Assembly: GCF_001194135.2 (NCBI RefSeq)
Contig: NC_068987.1
Location: 42,814,560-42,846,838, forward strand
DNA length: 32,279 nt
Direction of reading: 5' to 3'
Source of the DNA: Octopus bimaculoides
Lineage: Eukaryota
The translations under genes and the position numbers were made by a program. The notes under the pieces are model-generated. The model saw nothing but the letters and a program-made list of their open reading frames with translations, made no database searches and had not been told where the DNA came from. Of the stretch, positions 1 through 11,919 are shown in pieces (within the stretch, counting starts at the first letter, position 1; each line of letters opens with the position of its first letter).

Positions 1-520
1 CTCCTGCTAAAAGGGATTACTCTGCTATGTATAATCAGGGCAGCGCAAAAAGTTGTTTTGCACAAGCATTTCTATAGCCAATTGCACGGATGAAATTTAC
101 GTATGCTTAATAATTTTACGCAAAACAGCCTTCAGACTTTCCCTACTAATTTCATCGTCTTTTGAATTATGAACATATTTACATCATAAGGGTTTTTTCG
201 TTGTAAGGCTTTCTTTTTTAGTTGATTTTCAGCTAGCAAGACTTATCGTAGATGGCATAATAAGTCACACCCGGACAAGGTCGGGTTATACTGCTAGTAT
301 CTTCTATAGTTACTCCTTCGTCTAGTTCTTTCTTAAATTCTGTTATTGAGTTTGCAGCATAATCTGGTGAGAACATCTTTTCAGCATTTTTTGATGAGTT
401 ACTATTCATTAATTGTAGCATTGTTGCTGTAATAGTAATTGTTGTTGTTGTTCTTTCAGTTGTTGTTGTTGCTAGGATTGATTTGTTTGACTAAAATTCT
501 CCAAAGTAGTTCCCCAGTGT

Positions 521-2730
521 GTGAGAGAAAATCATGATGTCACTGGAGAGAAATGTGTCCACATGGATGATGGTTCACTTGCATTTAATGTTTCTGCAAA
601 GCAAGAGGCTTAGAAACACCATTATGAAAGGCTGCTAAATGTAGAGAATGAATGGGAGAAGGAGAGCTTGCCAAATGTTGACCCAACTGAGGGACCAGCT
701 ATCCGAATTGATAGTGGCTTAGTAAATAAAGCAGTTAAGGACATGAAGACAAGGAAAGCACAGGCCCATCAGGAATCACTGCAGAGATGCTTAAAATATC
801 TGGCAGTGTAGGTTATGGTTTAGTCACCCGTATTGTTAACCAAGTGGTACACGAAGGAGTCATACCCAATGGCTGGTGTAGCAGTACCATAGTCAACTGC
901 TACAAAGGTAAAGGTGATGTGTTAGATAGAAATAATTACAGAGCTATCAAATTGTTTGATCAGGTGATGAAAGTCATGGAGAGGGTCATAGCCCAACAAA
1001 TTAGGAAGTGAGTTAGTGTAGATGAGATGCAGTTTGGTTTTGTGCCAGGAAGAAGCACAATTGATGCTATATTTCTGGTAAGGCAGCTGCAGGAGAAATA
1101 CATAGTCAAAGATAAACCTCTGTACCTGGCTTTTGTTGACACGGAGAAAGCCTTTGACAGGGTCCCCCGATCCCTTATCTGGTGGGCAGTGTGGAAACTA
1201 GGGATAGACAAGTGATTGGTGAGAGCTGTAGAGGGATGTTGTCAGTGAGGTGAGTATAGTGAAGAATTCACAGTACAAATAGGGGTTCACCAAGGATCAG
1301 TCCTCAGCCTCCTCTTGTTCATCATAGTCCTCCAGGCAATAACAGAGGAATTTAAGACAGGCTGCCCCTGGGAGCTCCTCTATGCTAATGACCTTGTTCT
1401 TATAGCTGAATCACTACCAGAGCTAGAAGAAGTTTCAAATGTGGAAGCAAGGTTTAGAATTAAAGGGCCTTAGAGTTAACCTAGCAAAAACCAAAGTCTT
1501 AGTAAGTAGGAAAGCAGACAAATCACAACCCCACTCAGGTAGATGGCCCTGCTTGATCTATAGGAAAGGCATAGGTAGAAATTCCATAAGATGCATCTGG
1601 TGTAAACTATAGAGTATAAAAAGTGCAGTAATATCAGAGGAAGGTTAACAGGAAAAATAGTTTTTATGTGTGGAAGGTGCATCGGTATGATTAACACTAA
1701 AAATGTACAGAAAATAGACTCCATCAAATGCCAGAGGGAAAAACTAAAAGTAGTTGATAGCTTCTGTTACCTGGGTGATCAAGTGAGTAGCGGGGATTGG
1801 ATGCTCTGGAAGCATAGCTGCTAGAATAAGAATAAGTTGAGAAAAGTTCAAAGAGCTTCTACTTCTGTTGGTAACGAAGAGCCTCTCCCTCAGAGTGAAA
1901 GGCAGATTGTATGATGCCTGTGTGCAAATAGCCATGCTAAACAGCAGTGAAACATGGCCTGTGACTGCTGTGGACATGCGTAGGCTTCAAAAAAACGAAG
2001 CTAGTGTGCTTTGCTGGATGTGCAATGTCAGTGTGCATGCATGATAGAGTGTAAACATCTTGAGAGAAAAGTTGGGCATAAAAGGCATAAGATGTGGTGT
2101 GCAAGAGAGATGACTGCATTGGTATGGTCAGGTGATGCATATGAATGTGGACAGCTGTAAGAAGCAGTACCAGTGGAAGGAAGCTGTGGAAGAGGGAGAC
2201 CCAGGAAGACATGGGATGAGGTAGTGAATCATGATCTTCAAACACTGGGCCTCATGGAGGCAATGACTAGCGCCCAAGACATTTGGCGACATGTTGTACT
2301 TGTAAAAATCCATCAAGCCAAGTGAAATCATAGTTGTGGCCATTGTTGGTGTCAGGTAACTAGCACTCCTGCTGGTGGCATGTAAAAAGCACCTTTTGAG
2401 TATTGGGACTCATGGAGGCAATGATAAATGATTGAGACCTTTGACAATATGCTGTACTTGAGAAGGAAGATCCATTAAACTGAGTGAAATCATAGTTGTG
2501 GCAGATACTGGTGTCACACAACTGACACTCATGCCGGTGGCATGTAAAAGCACCCATTACACTTGGAGTGCAATGGGTGTTAAAAAGGGCATCCAACTGT
2601 AGAAACCATGCCAGATCAGACCAGAATCTGGTTTGGCCCCTCAGCCTATTAGCCCTGGTCAAATCATCCAATCCATGCCAGCATGGACAGCGAACATTAA
2701 ATTATGATGATGATGATGATGATGATGTAT
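521..2730 (+). mobile_element. Decayed, 5'-truncated RTE-clade LINE: reverse transcriptase, C-terminal region and 3' UTR ending in a (GAT)n tail
   Basis: Broken ORF2 reads ENHDVTGEKCV...HYERLLNVENEW...MLKISG...NCYKGKGDVLDRNNYRAIKL...MQFGFVPGRSTIDAIFLVRQLQEKY...AFVDTEKAFDRVPR...GVHQGSVLS...LLYANDL (YADD mutated). Several in-frame stops and deletions; TGA(n) tail near 2703-2727. Confidence 0.93.
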
Positions 2731-2757
2731 GTATGTATGTGTGTGTGTGTGTGTGTG

Positions 2758-3110
2758 TATCATCATTTAATGTCCATTGTCCATGCTGGCATGGGTTAGA
2801 TGGTTTGACTGAACTGGCACGCTGGAAGGCTGCTCCAGGCTCCAGCCTGATTTGGCATGGTTTTCTATGGCTGGATGCCCTTACTAATTCCAACCACTCT
2901 GAGAGTGTAATAGGTGCTCTTATGTGCCACCAGCATGGGTGCCATTTGCGTGACACTGGTATCTGCCATAACTATGATTTTGCTTGGCTTGATGGGTCTT
3001 CTTCTCAAGCATGAAATAATGCCAAAGATCTTGGTCATTGCTTCTGTGAAGCCCAACACTCTGAAGGAGCTTGGCCACTTTGCCTCCATGAAGCCCAACA
3101 CTCGAAAGGC
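2758..3110 (-). mobile_element. RTE 3'-end fragment in reverse orientation, tail-to-tail with the preceding copy
   Basis: Reverse complement of about 2395-2725 (e.g. tgtccatgctggcatgg, gacactggtatctgccataactatgatt); begins with a (CAT)n reverse tail. Confidence 0.85.
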
Positions 3111-5456
3111 GTTTGTTTTATGTTGTACTGTAAATGTGGGAGGTGTATGAGGTGGTATTGTCTCACTGTCTGTGTATGGTTGCTTAAGCCTGTCTATTGA
3201 GACAGTTACCTTTTTACCATTAATGTCTTTGGTATATAGTTTGTGTGCGACAGGATGCGATAGGGTCCTGTGTATGGAGGTGTGAGAGGGGTTTTCACAG
3301 CGTCATTTTGTAGAAACACATGGGTCCAAGAATCAATGTCTTTTAAAACTGATGCTTTAGTGGTTTGGTGTTGTGTTGACATGGATGGCATTTCTTGCAT
3401 GTATTTGCGAAGTTTGTGTATGTACATAGTGGGGTCTTGTGTGGACAGATCCACTGGGGCCAACATCTGGCCTGGCAACGAAAGAGGTATGCCATAAACA
3501 AGTTCTGCAGGGGAATAACTGAGATCCTTCTTTATCGAAGCTCAACAGCCAAGAAGGACTATTGGAAGATATTCACTCCAACGCTGCCGATTTGGGTAAG
3601 CATGCAAAGCAGCTTTCATTTGACGGTAGAATCGTTCCACCATACTGTTGGATTGTGCATGGTAACTGGTGGTTCAAATCTGATGTGCACCTATGGTCTT
3701 CGTGAGCTCGTGGAAGAGTTGTGATTCAAACTGTTTTCCATGGTTGGTAGTGATGGTGCTAGGGACTCCGTACTGTGATATCCATCCTGTGAGAAAAGCT
3801 TTGGCAACAGATTCTGCTGTGATATCTACTAAAGGAATAGCTTCTGGCCAACGTGTGAAATGATCAATGCAGGTGAGCAGGTAGGTACATCCCTGGCTGA
3901 CTGGCCAAGGTCTGACAGGGTTGATGTGTACATGGTTGAAATGCACATCTGTGCCAAGGGGTGCGCGGATGTGCCTATGCACCTTTGACTTCTGACAGGT
4001 GCTGGAAATGTTTGACTGCTAAATACATTGCTAACAGCCCCGCCCGAAAGTGTTGTAGCAAGTTTCAGCTGGTTTAAGCTGCTGAGAGAAAAAGGCAAGA
4101 GGCTGGAATTGTTGCTGGTGAAATTGTTGTAACACCGTGTCCATGGCAGTGTTGGATGCATCCATTACAAGGGATAGTTGAGTATCTGTGACAGGGTGGG
4201 CAAGAAGCGATGCCTGAGCGAGTTGCTGCTTTGCTGTGTTGAAGGAGTCGAGTTGGCTGGAGTCCAACGCTATCAGCTCATTCCTCTTTTTCCTATTCCA
4301 AAGGAGCATGTTTAGTGGATATAGGATTTCAGCTGAATGAGGAACAAAGTGCTGATAGATGTTAAATAGTCCCAAGAAATGTCGGAGCTGATGTAACGAG
4401 GTGGGTGGAGGTAAATCCTGCAATGCCTTCACCTTGTCAGGTAGTGGCGATATGCCTTTGGGGCTGATGACATGACCTAGGCTGGTCAAAGAAGATGCGC
4501 CAAAAACACATTTGGTAGGGTTGATCCACACTTGGTAAGTCTTGAACTGCTCGAACAGACGACATAAATGATAGAGATGTTCCTTGGGTGAGGCACTAGC
4601 TGTCAAGATCTCAGTGATGTATGCATAGACGAAGTCTAAGTCTCAGACAACTTCATCTATGAACCTTTAAAATGTGCTGGCTGAATTTTGTAAGCCAAAT
4701 GGCACAGTTAGGAATTTGAAGGCGCTAAAAGAAGTGGTTATGGCAGTCTTTGGAATATCTTTTGGATTCACAGGAATCTGATGATATGCCTTAACCAAGC
4801 CCAGTCTGGTGAATACTCTGCAGTTGTGGGGAGATGACGCAAAATCCTGAATGTGGGGTATTGGGTACTTGTCTGGCAGTTTAATCTCCTGTAGTCACCA
4901 GTGGGCCGCCAGTCCCCGGAATGCTTTGGAACCATGTGCAAGGACAATGCCCAGGGGCTATTAGAGGGACAGATGATGCCTAACTGGAGCATGTGGTTAA
5001 ATTCCACCTTGGCCATCTTTAGCTTCTCCAAGGAGAGGTGGTGAGGGCGAGAAAAAACCGGAGCACCTTTAGTTTCGATGAAATGGGTGATAGTGTGAGT
5101 TGGAGCAGCAGTAAAAAAATTTAGGTTAGTCAGCTCCGGATATGAGATTAAGAGTACATGGTATGGATTGTCGTGGCAGCAATGAAAAAGACTGTACCTA
5201 AGGCCACTGGGTTAGTGGCCTTTTACCTGGGATAGAAAGTTCTGTGGTTGTATCCCATAAGCACCAAGCGCATGTCCACAAGCAGGTGGAAGTGGTGCAA
5301 ATAGTCTGCACCTAATACTGGGTAAGGGAGATCTGTGACTGTAAAAATTCACATGAAGTCACGTTGCAGATCTAAATCCAACGAAAGAGATATCTGGCCG
5401 AAAGTTGGAATCGGTGAATGGTTTACCGCCTGTAGAGTCACTGGTGAGAAAAAAGT

Positions 5457-5510
5457 ACAGGGTTGGGTACATTTACATGCTGAAACTCCAAACTTGGCAT
5501 GGTACCAGCA
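5457..5510 (-). other. Gag CHCC zinc-knuckle motif (C-x2-H-x9-C-x3-C)
   Basis: Translation CWYHAKFGVSACKCTQPC; this spacing is characteristic of CsRn1-clade Gag (established knowledge). Confidence 0.85.
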
Positions 5511-6634
5511 TATGGATGAATCAGCAGAGGATGAGTGACAGCAAGGTGAGAAGGAGTGATCGAAAGAACGCTGTCTGGGTGAACATGACTTGGAAGTGAG
5601 AAAGAGCTGCACTTCTCTCATTAATTCAACTATCGTCTTTAGGATAGCAGCCAAAGCAAGGTTCTTATCACTGGAAACTGATGCTACTGGTGGGTGTGCA
5701 GAAGCATTCAGTAGTACTAGGGTAGGCTTGGTGGTGTTGCTGGTATACTTTATGATTCTGTTGGTGGTGGAGGCTATTTGCTTGGCGGGAGTCATCTCCA
5801 CCATAGAGGCTAGGATGACCTGGACATTAGAGGGCAACTGGGAAAAAAACAGTTGTTTCAATAAAGCCCAATCAGCAGGTGCATTTTGGGCCAATTCCTT
5901 CATGCGGTGCAGAAGTTGGGAGGATTTATGGTTGCCCAAGTGCTTGTCATTGACGAGGGTTTGAAATTTTCTTTCTTCCGACAAGGATGTGTGTTGAAGA
6001 ATCTCCTGCTTTATGCTCCTATACATGGCATCATGTGGGGAGTTATCAGGTCCCTCACAGTGGCTGTCAGGGATGGCAGTATTGCGCCAAGTAATATGTG
6101 GAGCTGTTGGGATTCGGAGGCAATATTGTTTGCGGCATATTTCGATTTGGTCTGTGCAAACCACACATGCATCACCCGTGAAGCAAAGTAAGGAACTGTT
6201 ATTCATGGTGAAATGTGTAACAAAGATGTCAATTACTAGAGAAAAGTTTGTAAAATGGCATGTGCTGTTAGATGTAACAGATAGCTCAGGCAGATGTGTT
6301 GTGGGGTATTCAAAATTAGCGCACATGTGTAGCTTGAGAAATGGCGTCAAAGTTTGTGAAGAAAGACAAAATGGCGATGAGCCACATGGTGTATCAATTC
6401 ACATGTACAAGAGAAAAAAATAGAACATTTGGCCATTTCTCCCCAATTTTTTTTTTTTTAAGCCCGACTCAGCTACAAGAACAAAAATGAATTATCTTTT
6501 GAGTGTCGACATCCTAGCAACAGATTGTTTGTATATGAAAATGTGTTGGTGTAAGTGCTGTGTATTTGTAAATGACTTTGGTGTGTGTTTCCTTAGTAAC
6601 AAGCATTTTTCTTTGAACAAGGCATCTGACGAAC

Positions 6635-6669
<35 letters not shown>

Positions 6670-6674
6670 ATATT

Positions 6675-6684
6675 GGGGTCACCA
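6675..6684 (-). promoter_or_regulatory. Primer-binding site complementary to the tRNA-Trp 3' end
   Basis: Minus strand TGGTGACCCC (plus ggggtcacca), upstream of gag and 3 nt from the candidate LTR end; 10-nt match only. Confidence 0.65.
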
Positions 6685-6687
6685 TTT

Positions 6688-7245
6688 TATAGTGGCTGTC
6701 ATTGGCTGTTCAAGTGCGTGTTATTAAATGGAAAAACAGTTAGTATGAATCACCATAAGACATTTTTGTGTATAAATATATTGTTTATTCTGTGTTCACC
6801 TTTTGTGGTGGAAGTATGTAGTATGATACAAAAACATGTGTGTATGTTTGTATGTAAACAAAGAAAGTTTTGATTTTTTGATTTTCATTGAAAGAAGTAA
6901 CAAATAATATTTGTGTTACAGTATGTATGCATGTGTGTGATGAGAACAGTCATTTTGAGAATGTGTGTGAGATAAAATATCTTCGTTTACGAACCATATA
7001 TATTGTGTCAAGGTGAATGGACATGTGAGTCACATGTTGGAGATTGCGCATGGAGCTGTAGAGAAGACGTATCTTTGACTGAAGCTTGGCAGGAACTGGG
7101 GACATTTCTGCAGTGGGGCTCAGAACGAGGCTACTGTACCAAAGTGAGGCGAGTGTATCAAAGCGAGGCTAGACGCTTCATCGATATACTCATCTGCTGT
7201 GCAGGTCGACTCACATATTACTATGTAGCTTGTAGCTCTGCTACA
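6688..7245 (-). repeat. Candidate 5' LTR of the Gypsy element (about 558 bp)
   Basis: Minus strand starts TGTAG at 7245 and ends CCACTATA (TG...CA with a C>T change) next to the PBS; contains AATAAA at 6784-6789. No partner LTR in the window, so the boundary is unconfirmed. Confidence 0.5.
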
Positions 7246-7261
7246 TGTGTGTGTGTGTGTG

Positions 7262-7497
7262 TGTATCTCTCTCTCTTTGTGTTTGCATTTGTTCCCCTTT
7301 CTCCACCATTTGACAACCAGTGTTGGTGTATTTATGTCCCTATAACTTATCAGTTTGGTGAAAAAGAGAATGATAGAATAGGTACCAGGTTTAAAAACAA
7401 AAAACAACTACTGGGGTTAATTCATTCAACTAAATTTCTTCAAGGCTGTGCCCTTGCATGGTTGTAGTCTAATGACTAAAATAAGTAAAAGATAAAA
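7262..7497 (+). mobile_element. 3' half of an abundant SINE-like repeat; related copy at about 27050-27260
   Basis: Shared blocks such as gacaaccagtgttggt..tttatgtccct, tagaata.gtaccaggtt, gcatgg...agtctaatgact.aaa.aagt. Confidence 0.7.
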
Positions 7498-7533
<36 letters not shown>

Positions 7534-7965
7534 TCTCTATGTGGCTTGTGTGTTTTCTGTACTCTGGTTATTATTATTTTCTTGTCTACATTTTGTTTGC
7601 AATGTCCTGTGCCCAGATATGCATCTATATATACAGGTAGACGTAGGTATGCACATACCTGTACGTATATATGCATATACTCATTTATTATTTGTTTTAT
7701 ATATATATAACAATTATTATGTAAGCTAACTGATTTGATGGTGTGAGGTTACTGATGAGTTCACGTGACTGAAAGAAGTAGGCTGTAATGTCTAGTGGCA
7801 GCAGGAATTGTATACCCTGCCATTATTTGTGCATTAGGCAGGTCCAGGGTGGCATATTGGGGTTATCAGTGGTCAAAGGCTTGAAATTTGTTAATGACCT
7901 GTCTTATTGTTGCCACCAGAGCTAAGCTCAACTAATTTCATAAAATCTTTGCCAATATTTTCCAG

Positions 7966-8082
7966 CAAGTTCAGATTCACAGTGATTCTGTGATCACCAT
8001 AGCTCCACAGGAAACATCCAAAAGTTCAATGTATTATGTAATGCAGCAACTGAAGAAAGAAATACCTGAAGTGATGATAAAA
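7966..8082 (+). CDS. POLR3A: RNA polymerase III largest subunit, internal exon ([39 protein letters not shown])
   Basis: tttccag acceptor, aaa|gtaagt donor, 117 nt, phase 0/0; resembles RPC1 ...[28 protein letters not shown] as I recall it. The upstream exon lies outside the window. Confidence 0.93.
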
Positions 8083-8770
8083 GTAAGTGGTTTCACAACT
8101 TGATCCTTGATTATTTTATAAAAGAAAAATTGTATTATTTTTACTGGGACAGCATTTGAAATACTGAGGTGGTATTAAGAAATACTGTGAAAATATGAAT
8201 AAATACTGCATACAGTGGGATGTGTCTGAATAGATCCTGAAATACTTTACGGATCTCTTGATTTAAGTTATTTCACTGCAGATCTGCCCAAAATACATAG
8301 ACCTATGATCGAAAGTGTTCCCACCAAGACAGCATTGCTATTTTTTCAAACATGGTGATTCTAGAACTGCATTATCTGGCATGTCCTTCCATTTTAAGAC
8401 AGTAAGGTGTGATTTGTGGGATATATTTCTTCTATTTCTTGCAGGTTATGTTGAGCAACCATATAAAAGCTACCTTGCTGGTTTGTGGTTCTTCTTTGAC
8501 TCATGTTAGTTTGTGTAATATTCTGTGATGAGCAGACGTCTTTCTCAACTAACAAAGTAAAATATTATTATCTATATATTATTAATTAGTTATTTAATTA
8601 GTCCAATCTTATACATGCTTGCATTTCAAGCAGTAGTTTGTTTCCAGTGTTCTTGATTGATTGCATGTTTTGTTTTTTTCCAGTTTATCAACAGCTTTCA
8701 GGTCTCCAGAAAAATTTGACACCATGTCATTTGTGGTTTTCCCTATCTTCTCATTCCTGTATTTTATATA

Positions 8771-9003
8771 AAGGTGGTGAGCTGGCAGAATTGTTAGCAT
8801 GCCAGACAAAATGCTTAGCAGCATTTGTTCCAGCTTTACATTCCGAGTTCAAATTCTGCTGAGGTCAAGTTTGCCTTTCATCTTTTTAGGGTTGATAAAA
8901 AAAGTACCGTTCAAGTACTGCTGTTGATATAATCGAGTATCCCTCTTCCCATAATTTTCAGGCCTTGTGCCTCTAGTAGAAACCATTATTATTATTATTA
9001 TTA
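8771..9003 (+). mobile_element. tRNA-derived SINE, near full length, (ATT)n tail
   Basis: A-box-like tgagctggcagaa, B-box-like gagttcaaattc, (att)n tail; further copies at 16695-17620 and about 30785-30900. Confidence 0.85.
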
Positions 9004-9418
9004 TGAAAACCATATAAATTATTGACATCCCACTGGACTGGTATTTTGCCTTTATTTCTGTTTATTTTTGATGTTTTCCATCCATACAAAATGCGAAAGT
9101 CCATGAATTCGGACATATTTTTACTTGTTGTTTTACATCCATAAATATATTGTCTAACTCTTGCCAACATGGAACATGGATGTGAAATAATGTGGGTAAT
9201 CGTCATCATCATCACTTTAAACTGAAGTATTTCTGAACTGATTGAATTTTGAGCAAAGAAAATTCATCATTATATAATATTGTCTTTAATCTTTCAGGCT
9301 ATGAAGAAATCACTGTATGATGGCTTTGTTGTAGGATGAATTCATATGTAATTAAATGAAACAAACAATCTCCACTTTTCAAAGCAATCTCTTTAATGTT
9401 GCTATTGTAATGTTGCAG

Positions 9419-9527
9419 GGAATTCCTTCAGTGACCCGGGCTGTTATTCATCAAGATGAAAAGAAAGCAAATCATTATAAACTCCTAGTTGAAGGTGACA
9501 ATTTGAGAGCTGTCATGGCTACACGAG
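9419..9527 (+). CDS. POLR3A: POLR3A exon ([37 protein letters not shown])
   Basis: tgttgcag acceptor, g|gtaaac donor, 109 nt, phase 0/1; conserved [15 protein letters not shown] motif. Confidence 0.96.
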
Positions 9528-9914
9528 GTAAACTACTTTTCACAATTTAAAACCATTAATGATAAGAGAAAAGAAGTTATGAAAGTACAACATATATTAT
9601 TATTGCTCTTAATCAGATGGCTAGAGGTGATTTAGTCACAGATGTTGCTGGTTGGAAAGTTAGGTATTTAAAAAGATCTCTTGACATTGATGGTAAAAGT
9701 GATAGTAGCATAGAGATGACAGTTGGATTTCTAGAGAATTTATTGTCATTTCTATGCATTTTATTATATTTATTTCAAATGTGAAAATCCATTTAGGAAA
9801 TAAAAACAGTGTGTGTGTGTTTTATATGAATTAGTACAAATAATCCTTTCACAACTGCAGTGATTTGAGGCCGAAGTTTAAATCCTGCAAAGCAAATATA
9901 TATATCTATACATA

Positions 9915-10640
9915 TTATTTAACATCCATTTTCCATGCTGGCATGGGTAGGACAGTTCAACAAAAACTGGTGTACCAGAGGACTGCATCAAGCTCTAATG
10001 TCTGCTTTGGCATGGCTTCAATGACTGGATGCCCTTTCTAATACCAATCACTTTACAGAGTGTACTGGGTGCATTTTTCATGTGAAATTACCAAGTAACT
10101 TGCAAGACAAGGTCCCCTCAACTTGTGTGGTTATAGTACCGAGAGAGGTGTCTTTATGCCAGGTGTTAAATGTTCAGGTATGATAGAGAGCTGGTGTCTT
10201 GCTGTAGAGAGATACATGGCTTTCTCTAGAAAGAGAGAAAAGAGATGGTGAGTGTATATCCTCAGGATACAAAATGAAGAGAGAATAAGACTAGAAGATT
10301 GGCAAGGGTGGGTGGGTTGATAAGTTCATGTGAAAGTGAAAAGAGAATGACTGATAGTTAGAGAAGGGGATGGAGATGGATGTAGTGAATGGAGTACATG
10401 GGCAGAAGCATGGTCATTGGTGCACATCAGTTTGTGATGTGTATGAAGGAAATAGGTGTTGGTCAAGGAAGAGGAGAAGGTGATAAGTGATGATAATAGG
10501 GAGATGATATGAAGTGTAGGGGGATGAATAGTATCATGTACAGCACCTGAAGGAGTAGTGCTGTGGTTAGAAGAGTAATGGAGTGATAGGTGTGGGGGAT
10601 GGTTTGACAGATTTGGTGCAGGGGTATAGACTTTAACAAT
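9915..10640 (-). mobile_element. Non-autonomous repeat with an RTE-type tail and GA-rich body
   Basis: Matches the reverse complement of about 11920-12660 (ccagaggactgca..aagctctaatgtctgcttt, gataagttca...gatagttagaga.gggg). Confidence 0.7.
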
Positions 10641-10689
10641 ATAATTTTAAGGTTTCATTTATCTGAGATGATTAGGACTTCTCAGGTAT

Positions 10690-11890
10690 AGTGTATCACT
10701 AGTTATTCAATCTTTTGTTATCTCTATGAGGTTCTTCACCACTTCATCCCATCATCCCACAACCTCCTGGGTCTTCTACAGGTTCTATCCACTTTTAGCA
10801 ATCAACACTTTATACAGTTCTCTTCATCCAGCTGTATCACATGACCATACCAGCACAGTCTTCTCTTTTGCACATCACATCTGATATCTCAATTTGCCTA
10901 ATTTACACTCTATTTTTCTCTCAGCACATTTGTACTTTGCACATTGACTTTGCACAACTGGCAGAACATGATAGCTTCATTTCTTTCTAGTTTTCGTATT
11001 TGCAGCTTAAGTTTCACAATCATATAACATTATTATTTGTATATGGGCATCATGCTCTCTGTCTTTCATACTGAGAGAGAGGCCTTTTGTTACCAGTACA
11101 GATAATAGCACTCTGAACTTACTTGCTAACCAGTTATCTAAGCAACTATCCTTTTACTTACTGCTAATTAGGTCTCCGAGGTAACAAAAACTATCTATTA
11201 CCTCCAGGGATCTTCCTGTGCATTCCCCAAAAATTTCTTTTTAGTGTGTTATAAGTGTTTACTGTTTCTACACATATGCCACAAAGTCTCCTTTCTCTGT
11301 TAATCTTCCTGTCATTCCACTGTACCTCTTATATGTCCATAGTTTGCACTGAGTACACTTTATGTAATTTCTACTTCCACCTTTTCTGCATATTTAGCAT
11401 GGATTACTGCCTATCTGTTTTCCTGCTTACTGGAGTTTTAGTCTGTTAATTTTAAAGCCCTTTGATTCCTGGTTTTGCCTCAACACCTAGAATTTCTTTT
11501 CTGATTCTTCTAATTTTAGCTATAAAAACAAGGTGATCATCATAGCTCCCATGGGCAACCAGTCTTAAATTTGTCTGTTATGACCTGGAAGACTGTCATA
11601 AATAGGAGGAGGCTGATAACTGAGGCATGGTGAACTCCTACCTGCACACCAAATTTGTTGCTGTAATCATTGCTAACTCTCATCTTATTAACAACATCCC
11701 TCTACATGGCTTGAATGCCTCTGACAAGCCATTTATTTACTCCTAACTTTCACAACAATCATCAGATGAGAGTGAGTAAGTGATCTTGTCAAAGTCTTTC
11801 TCCAGGTCGAGAAATGCCAAGTAAATTAGCTCACTTTTACCTAAATACTTCTGATGAATTTCGAAACCACTTCCTTTCAAAATTCATCCC
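10690..11890 (-). mobile_element. Old RTE LINE reverse-transcriptase fragment
   Basis: Minus strand reads QKYLGKSELIYLAFLDLEKDFDK near 11790-11860 and carries C-terminal blocks homologous to 1800-2250; heavily mutated. Confidence 0.8.
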
Positions 11891-11919
11891 TCATTCTCAA
11901 TATCATCCCTTCTTACCTA

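Larger units (their letters stand above)
3111..7245 (-). mobile_element. Decayed Ty3/Gypsy LTR retrotransposon, CsRn1/Kabuki-like clade (gag-PR-RT-RH-IN); 3' LTR not seen
   Basis: Minus-strand frames give gag (VWFAQ...TVRDLIT...LSEERKFQTLVNDKHLGNHKSSQLLHRM), protease remnant (PYPVLGADYL), RT (PWALSLHMVPKHSGDWRPTGDYRRLN; PFGLQNSASTF; YITE in place of YIDD at 4610-4621), RNase H (LVMDASNTAM...LAFFSQQLKPAETCY) and integrase (LLTCIDHFTRWPEAIP...PSTITTNHGKQFES...VSIDRLK). Confidence 0.93.

Noticed and set aside
7749-7790. Hammerhead-like CTGATGA-gttcacgtgact-GAAA
   Set aside because: Stem II has an extra base before GAAA, GAAA is followed by G rather than C, and no convincing stem I or III forms; at most a dead remnant.
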